A stretch of DNA of 64,000 nt from Nitrosopumilus sp. (GCA_965204345.1 OZ241981.1:384001-448000); one strand, 5' to 3'. Shown: positions 20,611 through 31,860, numbered from the stretch's first letter. Notes: generated by a model not told the origin, from the letters alone. A program made the numbers and translations.

Positions 20611-22803
20611 CTATTCCTTATCGATAAATTCGTTAACACCTGGGGGTTCTGGTGCCAGTCCCTTTCTCTTTCTAATGTCAGCAACAGCTGTGGCCAGCAT
20701 TGATTTTGGAACTTCGGTCCATTCCTTAAAGGATGTATTCCATGTGGCACGGCCTGCTGTTTGCCCCCTCATTGCCTCAGATAACGTAAATGTCTCAGAG
20801 GCCGGAATCTCACCTATAACAATACTGGATGCGCCTTTTTGGGACATGTCAAGTACCTTTCCACGTTTGCCTGAAAGGATGGTTGCAACGTTTCCAACTA
20901 AATCAGTCGGAACGCGGACTTCAATTGCCAGGGTTGGCTCTAGCACTGCTGTGCCTGCGGTGAGCAATGCACCCATGCATGCCCTGCGGGAGGCAGGACC
21001 TAGTTGGGAGAGGCCCCTGTGTGCCGTATCCTCGTGAGGTACAAAGTGAGTAAAGATGAATTTACAGTCCCTCATCTGCTCCCTACATAGCGGGCCTTCC
21101 CTCATTACTTCTTCAAATCCCGAGTTAATAGAGTCAGTAGACTCTTGAACAAATTGCACGCCCTTTGTTCCGTTAATCAAAACATTGCCGCGAGAATCAA
21201 ATTTCATAACCCTCTTGATTGTATCAGTGTCCCATCCGGCTCCCTTGAGCAGGTCAGAGACCACTTTCTTGTCTTTGATATCGGAGATCTCACCAGTCCT
21301 TAGCATGTGTGCAATCTCTGGCTCTAGTGGCTCTACCTTTAAGAAAATCTTGTTGTGTCGGTTTGGAGATTTTGCCATAATTGGCTCACATGCAGCCTTT
21401 ACAGTCTCCCTGTAGTTAATCAGAGGCTCTGAGGTTACAATCTCACATTTTGCATCCTGTATTCTGTGTGTTGCAACATCCAAGTGCAATACACCCATTC
21501 CTGCAACAATTGTCTCGCCGGATTCCTCGTCAATTTTTACAATAAGATTTGGATCCTCAATTGTGAGCTGCTTTAGAATTTCAACTAGTTTGGGAAGATC
21601 TTTAGGATGCTTTGGCTCAATGGCAATCTGGACGACAGGCTCTGAGACATACTTTACACCCTCAAACATTGGCATGTCCTTTACAGTGGACAGCGTGTTG
21701 CCTGCCCTGCACTCAGTTAGTCCCAACAATGCAGGAATGTTTCCTGCACCTAGTTCCCCAACTTGTTCCCTTTGGTTACCCATAAAGAAGTTAACTGACT
21801 GAACTCGGCCGTCCCTTTTCTCATCGATGATGTGGATAGTTTGCCCATCTTTGATGGTGCCAGAAAATAGCCTTCCAATTGCAACGGGGCCCGCCGCAGG
21901 GTCTAGCACCATGTTTACAACCATCATGATTGTCGGACCAGAATCATCGCAAGCAAGTAATGCCTTGCCAACATCTGACTCTAGATCACCTTTCCAAATT
22001 TGTGGAATTCTGTACTTTACTGCCTTGTGTGGAGGAGGATGATGGTTTACCACCATTCCAAGTACGGCATCAGCCAATGGGGCCTTTTCTACAAGTTCAG
22101 AAACCTTTTCGTTTTCATATGCATCAATGACATCCTTGAAGGTGATTCCCCTCTCCTTCATCAGCTCAAGATTAATTGCCCACCTGTCTTTTGCAGAACC
22201 AAACGTTACACTTGAATCCTGAATGGATACCTTCCATTTCTCCTTGTATTCTTGCTCTGCATACGTGTCAATTAGCGTATTAAAATTTGAGACGACCTCT
22301 GCAAGCTGTGCCTGCATTTTTTCTGGTGTTAGTCGCAGCTCTTTGATTAGTCTGTCTACCTTGTTGATAAACAAGACAGGTTTTACCCTCTCCTCTAGCG
22401 CCATCCTAGTAACAGTCTCAGTCTGAGTCATTATGCCCTCTACTGCATCGCACACAACTACTGCACCATCAATGGCCCTAAGGCTTCGAATAACCCTGCC
22501 GCTAAAATCCACGTGACCGGGGGTATCAATCATGTTAATGACATATTCGGTGTCATTTTTTGAAAAGTGCAAAGTAACATTTGCCTGATAAATTGTAATT
22601 CCTCTTTCTTGCTCCTCCTTGTCAAAATCCATTGCAAGTGCTTTTCCGGCAGCAGAGGGGGCAATGATTCCAGAGTATGCCAAAAGACTGTCACTCATGG
22701 TAGTCTTACCATGGTCCACGTGTGCAATCACGCCAAAGTTTCGGATCTGCTCCTTGTTCTTGATAATTTTAAGAACCTCGCCTGTGGACTTGAATTTTAC
22801 CAT
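20611..22803 (-). CDS. fusA: Archaeal translation elongation factor 2
   Basis: AHVDHGKTT, RGITI, DTPGHVDF, NKVD GTPase motifs; diphthamide loop HEDTAHRG; 730 aa. Confidence 0.98.
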   Translation of the reverse strand: MVKFKSTGEVLKIIKNKEQIRNFGVIAHVDHGKTTMSDSLLAYSGIIAPSAAGKALAMDFDKEEQERGITIYQANVTLHFSKNDTEYVINMIDTPGHVDFSGRVIRSLRAIDGAVVVCDAVEGIMTQTETVTRMALEERVKPVLFINKVDRLIKELRLTPEKMQAQLAEVVSNFNTLIDTYAEQEYKEKWKVSIQDSSVTFGSAKDRWAINLELMKERGITFKDVIDAYENEKVSELVEKAPLADAVLGMVVNHHPPPHKAVKYRIPQIWKGDLESDVGKALLACDDSGPTIMMVVNMVLDPAAGPVAIGRLFSGTIKDGQTIHIIDEKRDGRVQSVNFFMGNQREQVGELGAGNIPALLGLTECRAGNTLSTVKDMPMFEGVKYVSEPVVQIAIEPKHPKDLPKLVEILKQLTIEDPNLIVKIDEESGETIVAGMGVLHLDVATHRIQDAKCEIVTSEPLINYRETVKAACEPIMAKSPNRHNKIFLKVEPLEPEIAHMLRTGEISDIKDKKVVSDLLKGAGWDTDTIKRVMKFDSRGNVLINGTKGVQFVQESTDSINSGFEEVMREGPLCREQMRDCKFIFTHFVPHEDTAHRGLSQLGPASRRACMGALLTAGTAVLEPTLAIEVRVPTDLVGNVATILSGKRGKVLDMSQKGASSIVIGEIPASETFTLSEAMRGQTAGRATWNTSFKEWTEVPKSMLATAVADIRKRKGLAPEPPGVNEFIDKE

Positions 22804-23521
22804 ATTCGCAAAACTTTGGATTCAGGTATTAAACCTTAGCCTTCTTTGAAAAGATACGCGGATCATGCAATTAGAAAGATGACAATCTTTTTTGCGGTGA
22901 GAAGGCAGCATCCTTTCTTTCTTTTTTTTCTTTCTAGTCTCTCATAAAGTAAAAAATGAATCAAAAAAGATAGAGAAAGACCAACAGATCACCCTGGAAT
23001 AATTTCTCAGAAAGAACATTTGGCAAACAATGGCAATGCGCCTTCCAAAAGGCATGCTGTCTGTAGCAAAAACCCCAAGTTTTTCAAAGCATGATCATCT
23101 TATCTGAGGATTTGTGTAGCTATTCAGACAAAAGCAATGGCAATCTGCTTTTTTTTGCAATTTTTGCAACCCTGTTGCCAGCGACATTCCGGAAACTGAT
23201 TCAGAATGGACATGTTTTGATCCTTCTAAAGATTTTTTTTGTTGCAAAAAAGGAGTGTACTCATTCCAGTTATCAAACCATTTGAAAATGACTGCAAGTG
23301 AAAAAAAAATCCAGAGAATTCCCGTACCATGTAAAAAAAAGAATGTTCCTTGTGGCTGCCAAATACAGACTATAATTTTTTAAAAGACTGGAAAATCTCG
23401 CCGTAAGGCAGTGTCATCTTTATGACATGAAGCTGTAATCAAAATAAATTTTTGGCATATATTAGAAGAAGCGATTCAGAATAGGTTTTGGTATTTATTA
23501 CCAAAATCAAGCAAGACAGGC

Positions 23522-24349
23522 ATGGAAGTTTCTGTAGGACATACGCCTGATTCAGACGATGCGTTCATGTTTTATGCAATGTTTACAGACAGGATTCCAT
23601 CGCCGGACTTTAAGGTAAACCACGTCATAGAGGACATTGAGAGACTAAATCAGAAAGCAACAGAGCCGGAGCTTGATGTCACGGCAGTTTCAGTGCACGC
23701 ATGTGCGTACATTCCGGGATATACAATCTTGAGAAGCGGCGGAAGTTTTGGAATCAATTATGGGCCAATAGTCACATCTAGAAAGCAGATGACAGTTGAG
23801 GAGATTAAAAAATGTAAAATTGCAATTCCGGGAAAAATGACATCGGCGTTTTTACTGTTGCAGCTAATGATTGGAAAGTTTGATTATGTTGAGATGAATT
23901 TTAGCGACATTCCAAAAGCTGTCAGGTCAGGCAAGGTAGATGTGGGGCTGGTAATTCACGAAACCCAACTATCCTATGAGCAAGAAGGCAATGTCAAAAT
24001 TTTGGATGTCGGAGAGTGGTGGGACAAGACCACAGGCGGATTGCCGGTGCCGCTTGGAATCAACGTGATGAAGACAGAACTGGGCAGGGATGCCATAGCC
24101 AGGTTTGACAGATACCTTCAAGAATCAATTGAGTTTGGAATAGAGCACTTTGAGGAGGCCATAGAGTATGCCATGCAGTATTCGAGGGGAAAAGAAAAAA
24201 GTCTGATTGAAAAATTTGTAAGAATGTATGTCAATAATGTAACTGTGAACATGGGTGATGCAGGTGAAGAATCCATACGACGGTTGTTTAAGATGGCAAA
24301 AGAGAAGGGACTGGTTCCGGACTTTGAAATTAGCATAGCCAACAAGTAA
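23522..24349 (+). CDS. mqnD: 1,4-dihydroxy-6-naphthoate synthase (futalosine menaquinone pathway)
   Basis: GHTPDSDDAFMF, YGP, IAIPGKMTSA, LVIHE, GLPVPLG motifs of MqnD. Confidence 0.88.
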   Translation: MEVSVGHTPDSDDAFMFYAMFTDRIPSPDFKVNHVIEDIERLNQKATEPELDVTAVSVHACAYIPGYTILRSGGSFGINYGPIVTSRKQMTVEEIKKCKIAIPGKMTSAFLLLQLMIGKFDYVEMNFSDIPKAVRSGKVDVGLVIHETQLSYEQEGNVKILDVGEWWDKTTGGLPVPLGINVMKTELGRDAIARFDRYLQESIEFGIEHFEEAIEYAMQYSRGKEKSLIEKFVRMYVNNVTVNMGDAGEESIRRLFKMAKEKGLVPDFEISIANK

Positions 24350-24375
24350 TATAGAACAGAAAAAAAATAACAGAT

Positions 24376-24666
24376 ATGGGAGACGGAATCGGCGGAGCAG
24401 TATTAAATATTCTTACAGGCAATGCTTTTGAGTTGCTAGTTAGCCATACAAGAAAAGACAACCAGGACCAGTATGGCAAAGTAGAGAAAATAATCATGAG
24501 CAAAATCGATGATCCCAAACAGCCACAATACGAGGAAAAGACAAAAGAGGATTTAGAGCGGGCACTAAAGGGCAAATTTGTCTCATGTAATGTCCAATAC
24601 AGGGATGAAAAGACAGATGCACTAGTGTGTAACGTCTTTGTTCAGAGGCCGCCAGAAGGATTTTAG
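24376..24666 (+). CDS. Thermonuclease (SNase)-like OB-fold protein, catalytic residues apparently lost
   Basis: Spacing mimics SNase (V..I.DGDT / IRL.GIDAPE / L..LL.GK.V / D.YGR.L..V) but with TGNA, IMSKIDDPK and DEKTDAL. Confidence 0.55.
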   Translation: MGDGIGGAVLNILTGNAFELLVSHTRKDNQDQYGKVEKIIMSKIDDPKQPQYEEKTKEDLERALKGKFVSCNVQYRDEKTDALVCNVFVQRPPEGF

Positions 24667-25036
24667 GCTGTTTTTAGTGGAACTTGGACACATTTTCAAA
24701 CCGGGATTCTTGAAGATAATTTTCTAGCTGTTTTGATTGGGGAAATTGTGCAATAATGCCAGCTAGTCATCTAGTCAGCCAATGACTCAAGCAAGGCATG
24801 CATTAAAAAAACCAAGTCAGGACAAAAGATGAAGAGTTGGCAATGGGGAAGAAAAAAGATCCCAGCAGAAGAATGTCCTGAGGAATTCTGTCTGGAAATC
24901 CCCCCCCCCGCACTTCAAAGATCTCAGCATTGCACCAGGAAAATCAAGACATCAGGTGTGCAAGAGGCAGAAAAACAAAGGCGGGGAGATGCAAGAAAGA
25001 ATCAAGGCCAGAAATCAAAAAAAAGGCTAAAACAGA

Positions 25037-25366
25037 CTAGAGTGCAGACGGGTCTGTTTTGCCATCCCGAATCTTTACTAGTTTATCAATTTTGTAGCAA
25101 AGAACAATTCCGTCGCCCTTTTGGCCGGTACTTGCCGCTTTTTGAATAATACCCACGATATTATCAGCATCCTTGTCAGCACATAAAAGCTCAATTTTTG
25201 ATTTTGGGATATAGTTACTAGAGCTGGTTCTAAGACTTTTGTGCTCTGTATGAATTCCGGTAATCTGTACTTGGTATGCAGAATAGGTAGTGATTCCAAT
25301 TTCTGCCAAAGCATGCTGAACTTGATAAAAAATGGAATTTCTCACGATTGCCTCGATTTTATACAT
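25037..25366 (-). CDS. PII-family signal transduction protein (atypical T-loop)
   Basis: MYKIEAIVR, PKSKIEL, TGQKGDG B-loop, KIRDG C-loop; 109 aa. Confidence 0.88.
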   Translation of the reverse strand: MYKIEAIVRNSIFYQVQHALAEIGITTYSAYQVQITGIHTEHKSLRTSSSNYIPKSKIELLCADKDADNIVGIIQKAASTGQKGDGIVLCYKIDKLVKIRDGKTDPSAL

Positions 25367-25565
25367 AACTCAAAGATGTCTGCAAGAGGTTAAAAATTTT
25401 TTTGCCAGATTCAAATGATCGGAACAGAATCATCACAGATACTACACTGTTCAATTCAAGTGATGGGTGTTAAGTTAGGGTGATGACAGATTCAAAAAAA
25501 ATTACACTTTTCAAAACTCTGGACATTTGCCCCTAGTATCCAATTCGGGACATGGAATCAACATT

Positions 25566-25826
25566 CTAATCCAAAAGATGGCCTTTGGGATATTCCTTGA
25601 TTAAGTCCTGCATGACCCATACTGCCTCATTTCTGATGGACTCGTCTGGATGCACGATGAATTTTTTGCAAAATTCCAGCCTGTCATTGCCGGACAACGT
25701 CTGTGCATATCTCTGGTCTATTTTGGAATGCGATATAGAATCAAATTTGGATGAGGTATCTTTTATGACAGTTATCTTGTTTTGGTCAATGATCATACAT
25801 CTGCCTGGTGCAAACTTTTCAGCCAT
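25566..25826 (-). CDS. Hypothetical protein (HEAT-like C-terminus, possibly a fragment)
   Basis: FIVHPDESIRNEAVWVM resembles a HEAT repeat turn. Confidence 0.45.
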   Translation of the reverse strand: MAEKFAPGRCMIIDQNKITVIKDTSSKFDSISHSKIDQRYAQTLSGNDRLEFCKKFIVHPDESIRNEAVWVMQDLIKEYPKGHLLD

Positions 25827-25947
25827 GTCAGATAAACTGCCACAAATACAATTTAATGGATTTGGTATATTTTGGTTATCTGATAACTGGAATTTGACAA
25901 TTTATTGCCAAGATTCACCATTGGCAGTTTTTAGGATGGGTTGCAAG

Positions 25948-26247
25948 TCATTTCATTGTTAAGGCGGTTTGTATGTCGTCCCAAGCACTTGAGCACGTTT
26001 CGATAGGAGTTTTTGGTATCAAACATCGATTTGTCTGATGTGTTGGCTCACAAAGTGATATGACCCCTCCATCCGGAAGATCTATTAATCCTGGACAAAT
26101 CATGGCCCGATGTTCTGGGGATAAATCATCATCTGATAGGCATATTATTGAGTCAAGATAACATGTGGGTGTAAAAAGTATGCCAACTATCGTAAGGATT
26201 ATGACAGTAATACCAAATAAAAAGAGAGTGGAGGGTAACTTGATCAT
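25948..26247 (-). CDS. Small membrane-anchored 6-Cys protein coupled to the protease gene
   Basis: ATG (26245-26247) overlaps the protease TGA (ATGA); N-terminal TM LFLFGITVIILTIVGILF; six Cys. Confidence 0.65.
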   Translation of the reverse strand: MIKLPSTLFLFGITVIILTIVGILFTPTCYLDSIICLSDDDLSPEHRAMICPGLIDLPDGGVISLCEPTHQTNRCLIPKTPIETCSSAWDDIQTALTMK

Positions 26248-29200
26248 CGCAGACTTAGAACCGCCTTGACATTTTCCCAAGCACTAAAAGTCTTGTAATA
26301 AAATTGGTCTTTACTGCAAAAAACCGAATTATCCTCCAAAGTAAGAAGAGGTTGACCTTCAGATAATGACTCAAAAACACAAGCGCCACCCTGATGAACT
26401 CCTACAATTTTAGAACTGCCGTCTATATGATGTACAATTGCACCACCACTGTCGCCTTCAATACCCGGATACAAAGCTATTCCCATATTTTTAAAGACAG
26501 TATTACCTTGGGTTACAGTTGCATTTTTGTACCATAGCCGACCATCACCATTGCTCTGATGACCATAAATGGTCAGAATAGACCAATGTGGTACTTCAGC
26601 TAATGTACCCTGAGTCACATCAATTACTGTTCCATTCATAGCTTGTACTTTACTTCCGACGACAACATTTGGCTCAGTTATTGGCATAAATGCAGCATCA
26701 ACAGATCCACCGTAATAAACGAGTATAGGTTCTCTGTGGATAACTTTATCATTAGAAGTGTTATTTATTCTATGTTCAACAAAAGTATCACCCGGTTTCA
26801 ATAAAACAGTATGCCCTGCAGTTACAAAGCCATCAAAGCCCGTAGTGTTTGTAGCTCCTATTGTTATAGTGCCTAAATTCCAATAGATCTTACCATCTTC
26901 ATTACTAGTAACTAGATTGTATGTATCCCCACCATAAAATTCAATTGTAGGTGGTGTTTCAAAAATGGAACAGAGACCTCCAATTTGACCACTAGGACCG
27001 TCACTTGAACAGTCTGGTTGTGGTGCTTCTGGGCAACCACGGTTGGTTGCACTTGCCTCATTTGGACAGTTGTCTATACTGTCAGGATATCCGTCACCGT
27101 CAGCATCAGGATTAGTAGGTCCTGATCTTGGGTTTATGGTTATGGTAAATCTTTCAATCGATGAGTTGTTTGCAGCATCTCTTGCAGTACACGTCACCTG
27201 GGTTACGCCAAGTGGGAAGAATCCCGTATCATGATTACATGATGGCTCTACTATACCATCCACATTGTCTACAGCAGTTACCCTAAACTCGATATATTTG
27301 ACAATGCCTGCCCTGATTTTAGATACAATGTCATCAGGTACTGTAATCACAGGCGGTGTGGTATCAGGACAGCCCTTTAGTTGTGCCAGTCCTGCTTCCT
27401 GTGGGCAGTCATCTGCACTATCTAGCAAGCCATCACTATCAGAGTCTACCAAAACCGGTGACAGAGTAGATGTACCTGATGTGGCCTTGATCAGCACATC
27501 GTCAATTCCCACCTCTTCGTTAAAAGAACTCATAGATGCCGTAAAGCGTACGTTAAACACATCAGACTTGTAAGCACTTAGGTCGTAGCTCTCAGCATGC
27601 CAAGTGTCATCGTTATCGCCGTTCTCATCAGTCCAGATGTCAAGCTGTCTCCAGGTGTTTCCGTTGGTTGTAACCTCTACTTTGAGATACTCGCCATCGC
27701 CGTCATTATATCTATCCAATGACTCATCAACATATCTCCAAAACTCCAATGTCGGGTTTTGCAGATTTGAGATGTTAATTGACTGTGACATGGTTATGGT
27801 GCAAAGCGAATCACAGTTGTCAGCCTCTGCCACCTTGTTGCTGCTTGGATGGCCGGGAGGCAGTTGGCGTTCGTCAAAACGGTCTGCCCTCCAGTCAGGC
27901 TCGTTTGTCCTTATCCACTTGTTTAGGGTGCCGCCCTCAAAGTCATCTGAAAATACAACAACATTGGCAACAGATGCCGTGTTCTGAATCGACATGTTAT
28001 CTATCATTGTAATTTCACCAGATGTGCTACTGCGTGCTGTTATGCGCACCTGTAGATCATCTATGAGATATTCAGATGACAAATCGTATGATTCAGTATG
28101 CCATGTGTTGTCATCGTCTCTTGCAGATGCCTGCCAGTCAAATATTGTATCCCATGTGCGGCCATCATACAGCTGCACTTTGAGATATTCACCATAATCC
28201 AGTCCGGATCCTACAAACCTATCAAATGTGAGATGGCCTGACTGTCTGGAGGACAAATCCACAGGAGATAGCGTGATTGTGCATGTTCTATCACAGTTTG
28301 AGGCATAGGCTACCGTGTTGCCTGACTGGCTGCCCGGTACTGTAGTAGATGGCGGACGAATTGTCCAGTTAGAGTCTCCGCTCTGAGTCCAGTTGCTGAA
28401 AGTTCTGAAATCCTCAGATATTGTAGTTGGAATGGGTGGTGGTTGGTTGTTTGGTGGTGGTGGTGGTGGTGGTGGTGGTTGGTTGTCTGGTGGTGGTGGT
28501 TGGTTGTCTGGTGGTGGTGGTTGGTTGTCTGGTGGTGGTGGTTGGTTGTCTGGTGGTGGTGGTTGGTTGTCTGGTGGTGGTGGTGATGGTGGCGTCAGCA
28601 TAATAGGATTGGTACTTGCCAGTGCAAAGTCTTGTACCGGCTTGTTTATGCTATCAATGTTAGAGCCGCTAACTGTTATGGTGTATGTTCCGGTACGAGT
28701 TGGGTTAAACACTGCAAACTCGTTTGTCTGGTGGTCTGATGTTGCCCGTATTATGGTATTATCTGGCGATGTTACTGTAAAATCCAAATTTGCAATAGGC
28801 ACTGGTATATGGGTACGTGACAACTGTCCGTCGATGCTGCCATGCGGATGAACCAGCCATGACAGTATCACTTTGACTGGCTTTGATGTGTCCTGTACTG
28901 TAAACCAGTACTGCTTTGTGTCGGTATTTGACACAAGACGGTCTGATATTATGTGGGATGGTGCATTGTTGACATACCTGAGTGATTCAGCAGCATCTAG
29001 TATGCCAAATCCCACGTTATTGAGTATTTGAAGGGATGATGCCTCATTGTTTGCAATATTTCTGTCTGCTGGCTGCCTTGCATGAGAACAGTTGTCATTT
29101 GAGTTGACTTGCTCGTATTGGGCTGATGTGCATGGTATCGGACCAGTCCAGTTGGCACCCAAGAAAAGGGCAGTTTTTAGCTCAACAGGAGTCATCTCAG

Positions 29201-30574
29201 GCTTTAACTGCAACATAAGGGCAGTAACTGCACTTACCTCAGATGCCGCAAAACTGCTTCCACCTCGAATAAATGTGTCAGTTGCTGCAACAGAACTTAG
29301 TACTTGAATGGCCGCTGTTGGTGCAACCAGCTCAGGCTTTAGTAATACAGTTCCGGGTGCAGGACCCCTGCCAGAATAAGATGCTATTGCCGGCGTACCA
29401 TCAGCATTGCTCTTTATTACACCTACGGTAATTTCATTGTGTCCGCATCCGGGATGAGTTATTGACTGAAAAGCTGCCCCTCTTGCTATTCCGTTCTCAT
29501 AAAGTATACCCCTGTTTCCTGCAGCTGATACTGCAACCATTCCCTTGTCAACTGCCTCATTTGTGATCAGACTAATCGTGTTTGCATGACTTGCACGGCA
29601 GATTCCAAAACCAAAGCTCATGTTTGCTATGTCTGCTCCGTTATTAAAAGACCAATCAAGGGCATGTACCACGTCTCTTGCATGTGTCTTGACAAAGACA
29701 TGTTTGTTCTGACTATCCAAGCTGTGTCTTCCAATTGAGGCATCCAAAAGATTCACACCCGGTGCAATGCCGTTGTGGGCTGGCAGTCCTGATGCGGCAA
29801 TGACCTGGGCTATCTGCGTACCGTGGGATGGAAAGGCAGAAGATACTGCTCCGTTATTGAATCCTACCACGCTGGCAGCAGTTGCAGGACTACACATACC
29901 GCTACTGCACTCTACACGGTCCGTGATTCTGTTGTTAAATGCGGTGTTGTGATTAACACCGCTGTCAATTACTGCCACAGCAACCCCGCGACCATCAAGA
30001 CTGGTGCCTGCTGCTGTACGAATCTCGTTTGGAGTTGCATGTACGGTTTCCTTGGTTGTATCAATCTCCAGAGTTACGGGAGTTTCACCATCTCCCATGG
30101 CATAAACCTCGTCATAAAGTGAGATTCCCGGAACTTTTGCAACCGGAATGGATGCAGTCACAAATGAGAGTGACTCTGCTGCTGCTATGTTGCGTGCGCC
30201 AAGAAGATCAAGTTTCTGTACTATTGTATCCTTGTTCTCGCGTGCTGTCTCATCTGCATCTCTGTTATCGCTCCCGTCATCTCTGGTCACTATGATTAGG
30301 ACATCATAGTATCGTGTGCCGTCATGCACCCCATAGTCGCCATCCTGTGGTACCTCAGATATGAGACCCTGGATTTTATCATAAAAACCTCCATCAAACT
30401 TGTATGGTACATCTATGCTTGCACAGGACCTAATGTGTTGTCATCTAGGATAAGATTGCCTGGCACTTCAAACTGTGCATTCTCATCGTCAGTCTGGGAT
30501 GCAGAATCCAGTGGATACGCAAATAAAATAACTATTGAAAAAACTATGATCGGTAACATAATTTTTGCATTCAA
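26244..30574 (-). CDS. Secreted multidomain double protease: S8 subtilase, PPC-like, Pro linker, 2 jelly-roll (MAM-like), TSP3, HYR, TSP3, S1 chymotrypsin-like; 1-nt frameshift near 30416
   Basis: S8: VAVIDSG, SHGT, AAGN, GSSFAA. S1: VTAGH, DAAF, GDSGG. Signal peptide (TTG 30574/ATG 30559: MLPIIVFSIVILFAYPLDSA) is in another frame that stops at TAG 30413-30415. Confidence 0.85.
28436..28590 (-). repeat. 21-bp tandem repeat encoding (PPPPDNQ)x5 plus poly-Pro linker
   Basis: Repeated GGTTGGTTGTCTGGTGGTGGT on + strand. Confidence 0.95.
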
Positions 30575-30822
30575 GATAGACTATGATCATTACTGCAGTT
30601 ATTATCATTAGTGGTAGTCCTCCTGACTTGATGAGTCAGGCATTGCTTGTATTGACTCTTAGGCAGAAGAAGACTCAAAACATCTTAAATCATATCTAAC
30701 TGCCTTTTTCACCTTAATTCCAGTACCTTCATACTTGTGTCCAAATCAGACAACCAGTAGTGTAGCAGTGTATGATATTATACCTCACAATAATCAGATG
30801 TCAACTACACATGTGAAATACT

Positions 30823-31407
30823 CTAAGGAAGTGTCAAAGATGGAGCCTGCCACATGTTGTTAGAATCCAACGTATAGCCAAGCATCTCTAAATTATCTGT
30901 CAATGCACTGCACAAACCATTTGTTGTTGGTAATACACATCTGAGTTCATACAATGATATCGCTGTGTCTATCGGTGTTGGCAAATCATCTGCATAGTTT
31001 TCTGGAATGAATACTCCAAACTCTATGCGAATTGACAGTTCTTCTGTTCCCAAAACATCCTCAATGTCTCCTGCATCTGGATATATTCCAAGACTTGGCA
31101 GTATCGGATCAAGCATCACAACTAGCTCTTCTGTCTCCTCATCGACAAAAGTTGCAGTAAATACCAGCTCATCAGCTATGGCATAATTGCCTTCTGAATG
31201 ATCTATCATGATATTGGTAATGGCGCTATGGCCTTTATACAGCTCATTTACAGTTCCAACCGGTCCCACCGTGCCGTCATCATCACTTATGACATCAAGA
31301 TTGCTCTTCTCTGAATTATCATCATTTACTAGCTGTGCAAAACTGATTCCTACTGGAACAATCAACAATACTGCAAAAATAGTTATTATTGTCTTGGCTG
31401 ATGCCAT
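30823..31407 (-). CDS. Secreted acidic protein of unknown function
   Basis: Signal peptide MASAKTIITIFAVLLIVPVGISFA|Q; Asp/Glu-rich; Cys pair. Confidence 0.75.
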   Translation of the reverse strand: MASAKTIITIFAVLLIVPVGISFAQLVNDDNSEKSNLDVISDDDGTVGPVGTVNELYKGHSAITNIMIDHSEGNYAIADELVFTATFVDEETEELVVMLDPILPSLGIYPDAGDIEDVLGTEELSIRIEFGVFIPENYADDLPTPIDTAISLYELRCVLPTTNGLCSALTDNLEMLGYTLDSNNMWQAPSLTLP

Positions 31408-31860
31408 ATGATATTATATTTGGAGTTTAATATAAGATAGATCATGGTTATACGATTTACAATCCGCAGATTTGAGTCATGCCAGATACATTTTAGGCAG
31501 AAATTCAGACCTGCCTGCCAGAAATGTTCTGCTGCAAAAAGGATCAGTTAATCAAAATGTGTCAGAACCCTAACGGTTCTGGTAAATTTTGGTGTTTTAT
31601 GCCACAAATCACAAATATAAGTCTGAACTACACTTTGAGATTTTTTCCTGACTGGATATCTAAGAAAATTATCTCTTGCAATTTACCGTTAAATTCCAGC
31701 AATCAGATCATCAAAATTTACCAAATCTAAATTGAACAGTCCTATAAAATGTCCCGAATTTTGAAGTGTACCGAATTTATCTCTCGTGCCTATTCCTCAT
31801 GAATGCAACAGAACCACAGATACAATTACTCTAAATATAATAAAAACAAGACAAAAGCAT

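Noticed and set aside
23021-23457. Sigma-54 promoters from TGGCA motifs
   Set aside because: Archaeal genome; motifs occur in both orientations without consistent -12 spacing.
24899-24909. Poly-C tract (also ~50415) as a phase-variation switch
   Set aside because: Not within a supported CDS or an evident promoter.
30621-30680. Hammerhead ribozyme (TGATGAGTC...GAC)
   Set aside because: Core lacks the CUGA C and the GAAA after stem II.
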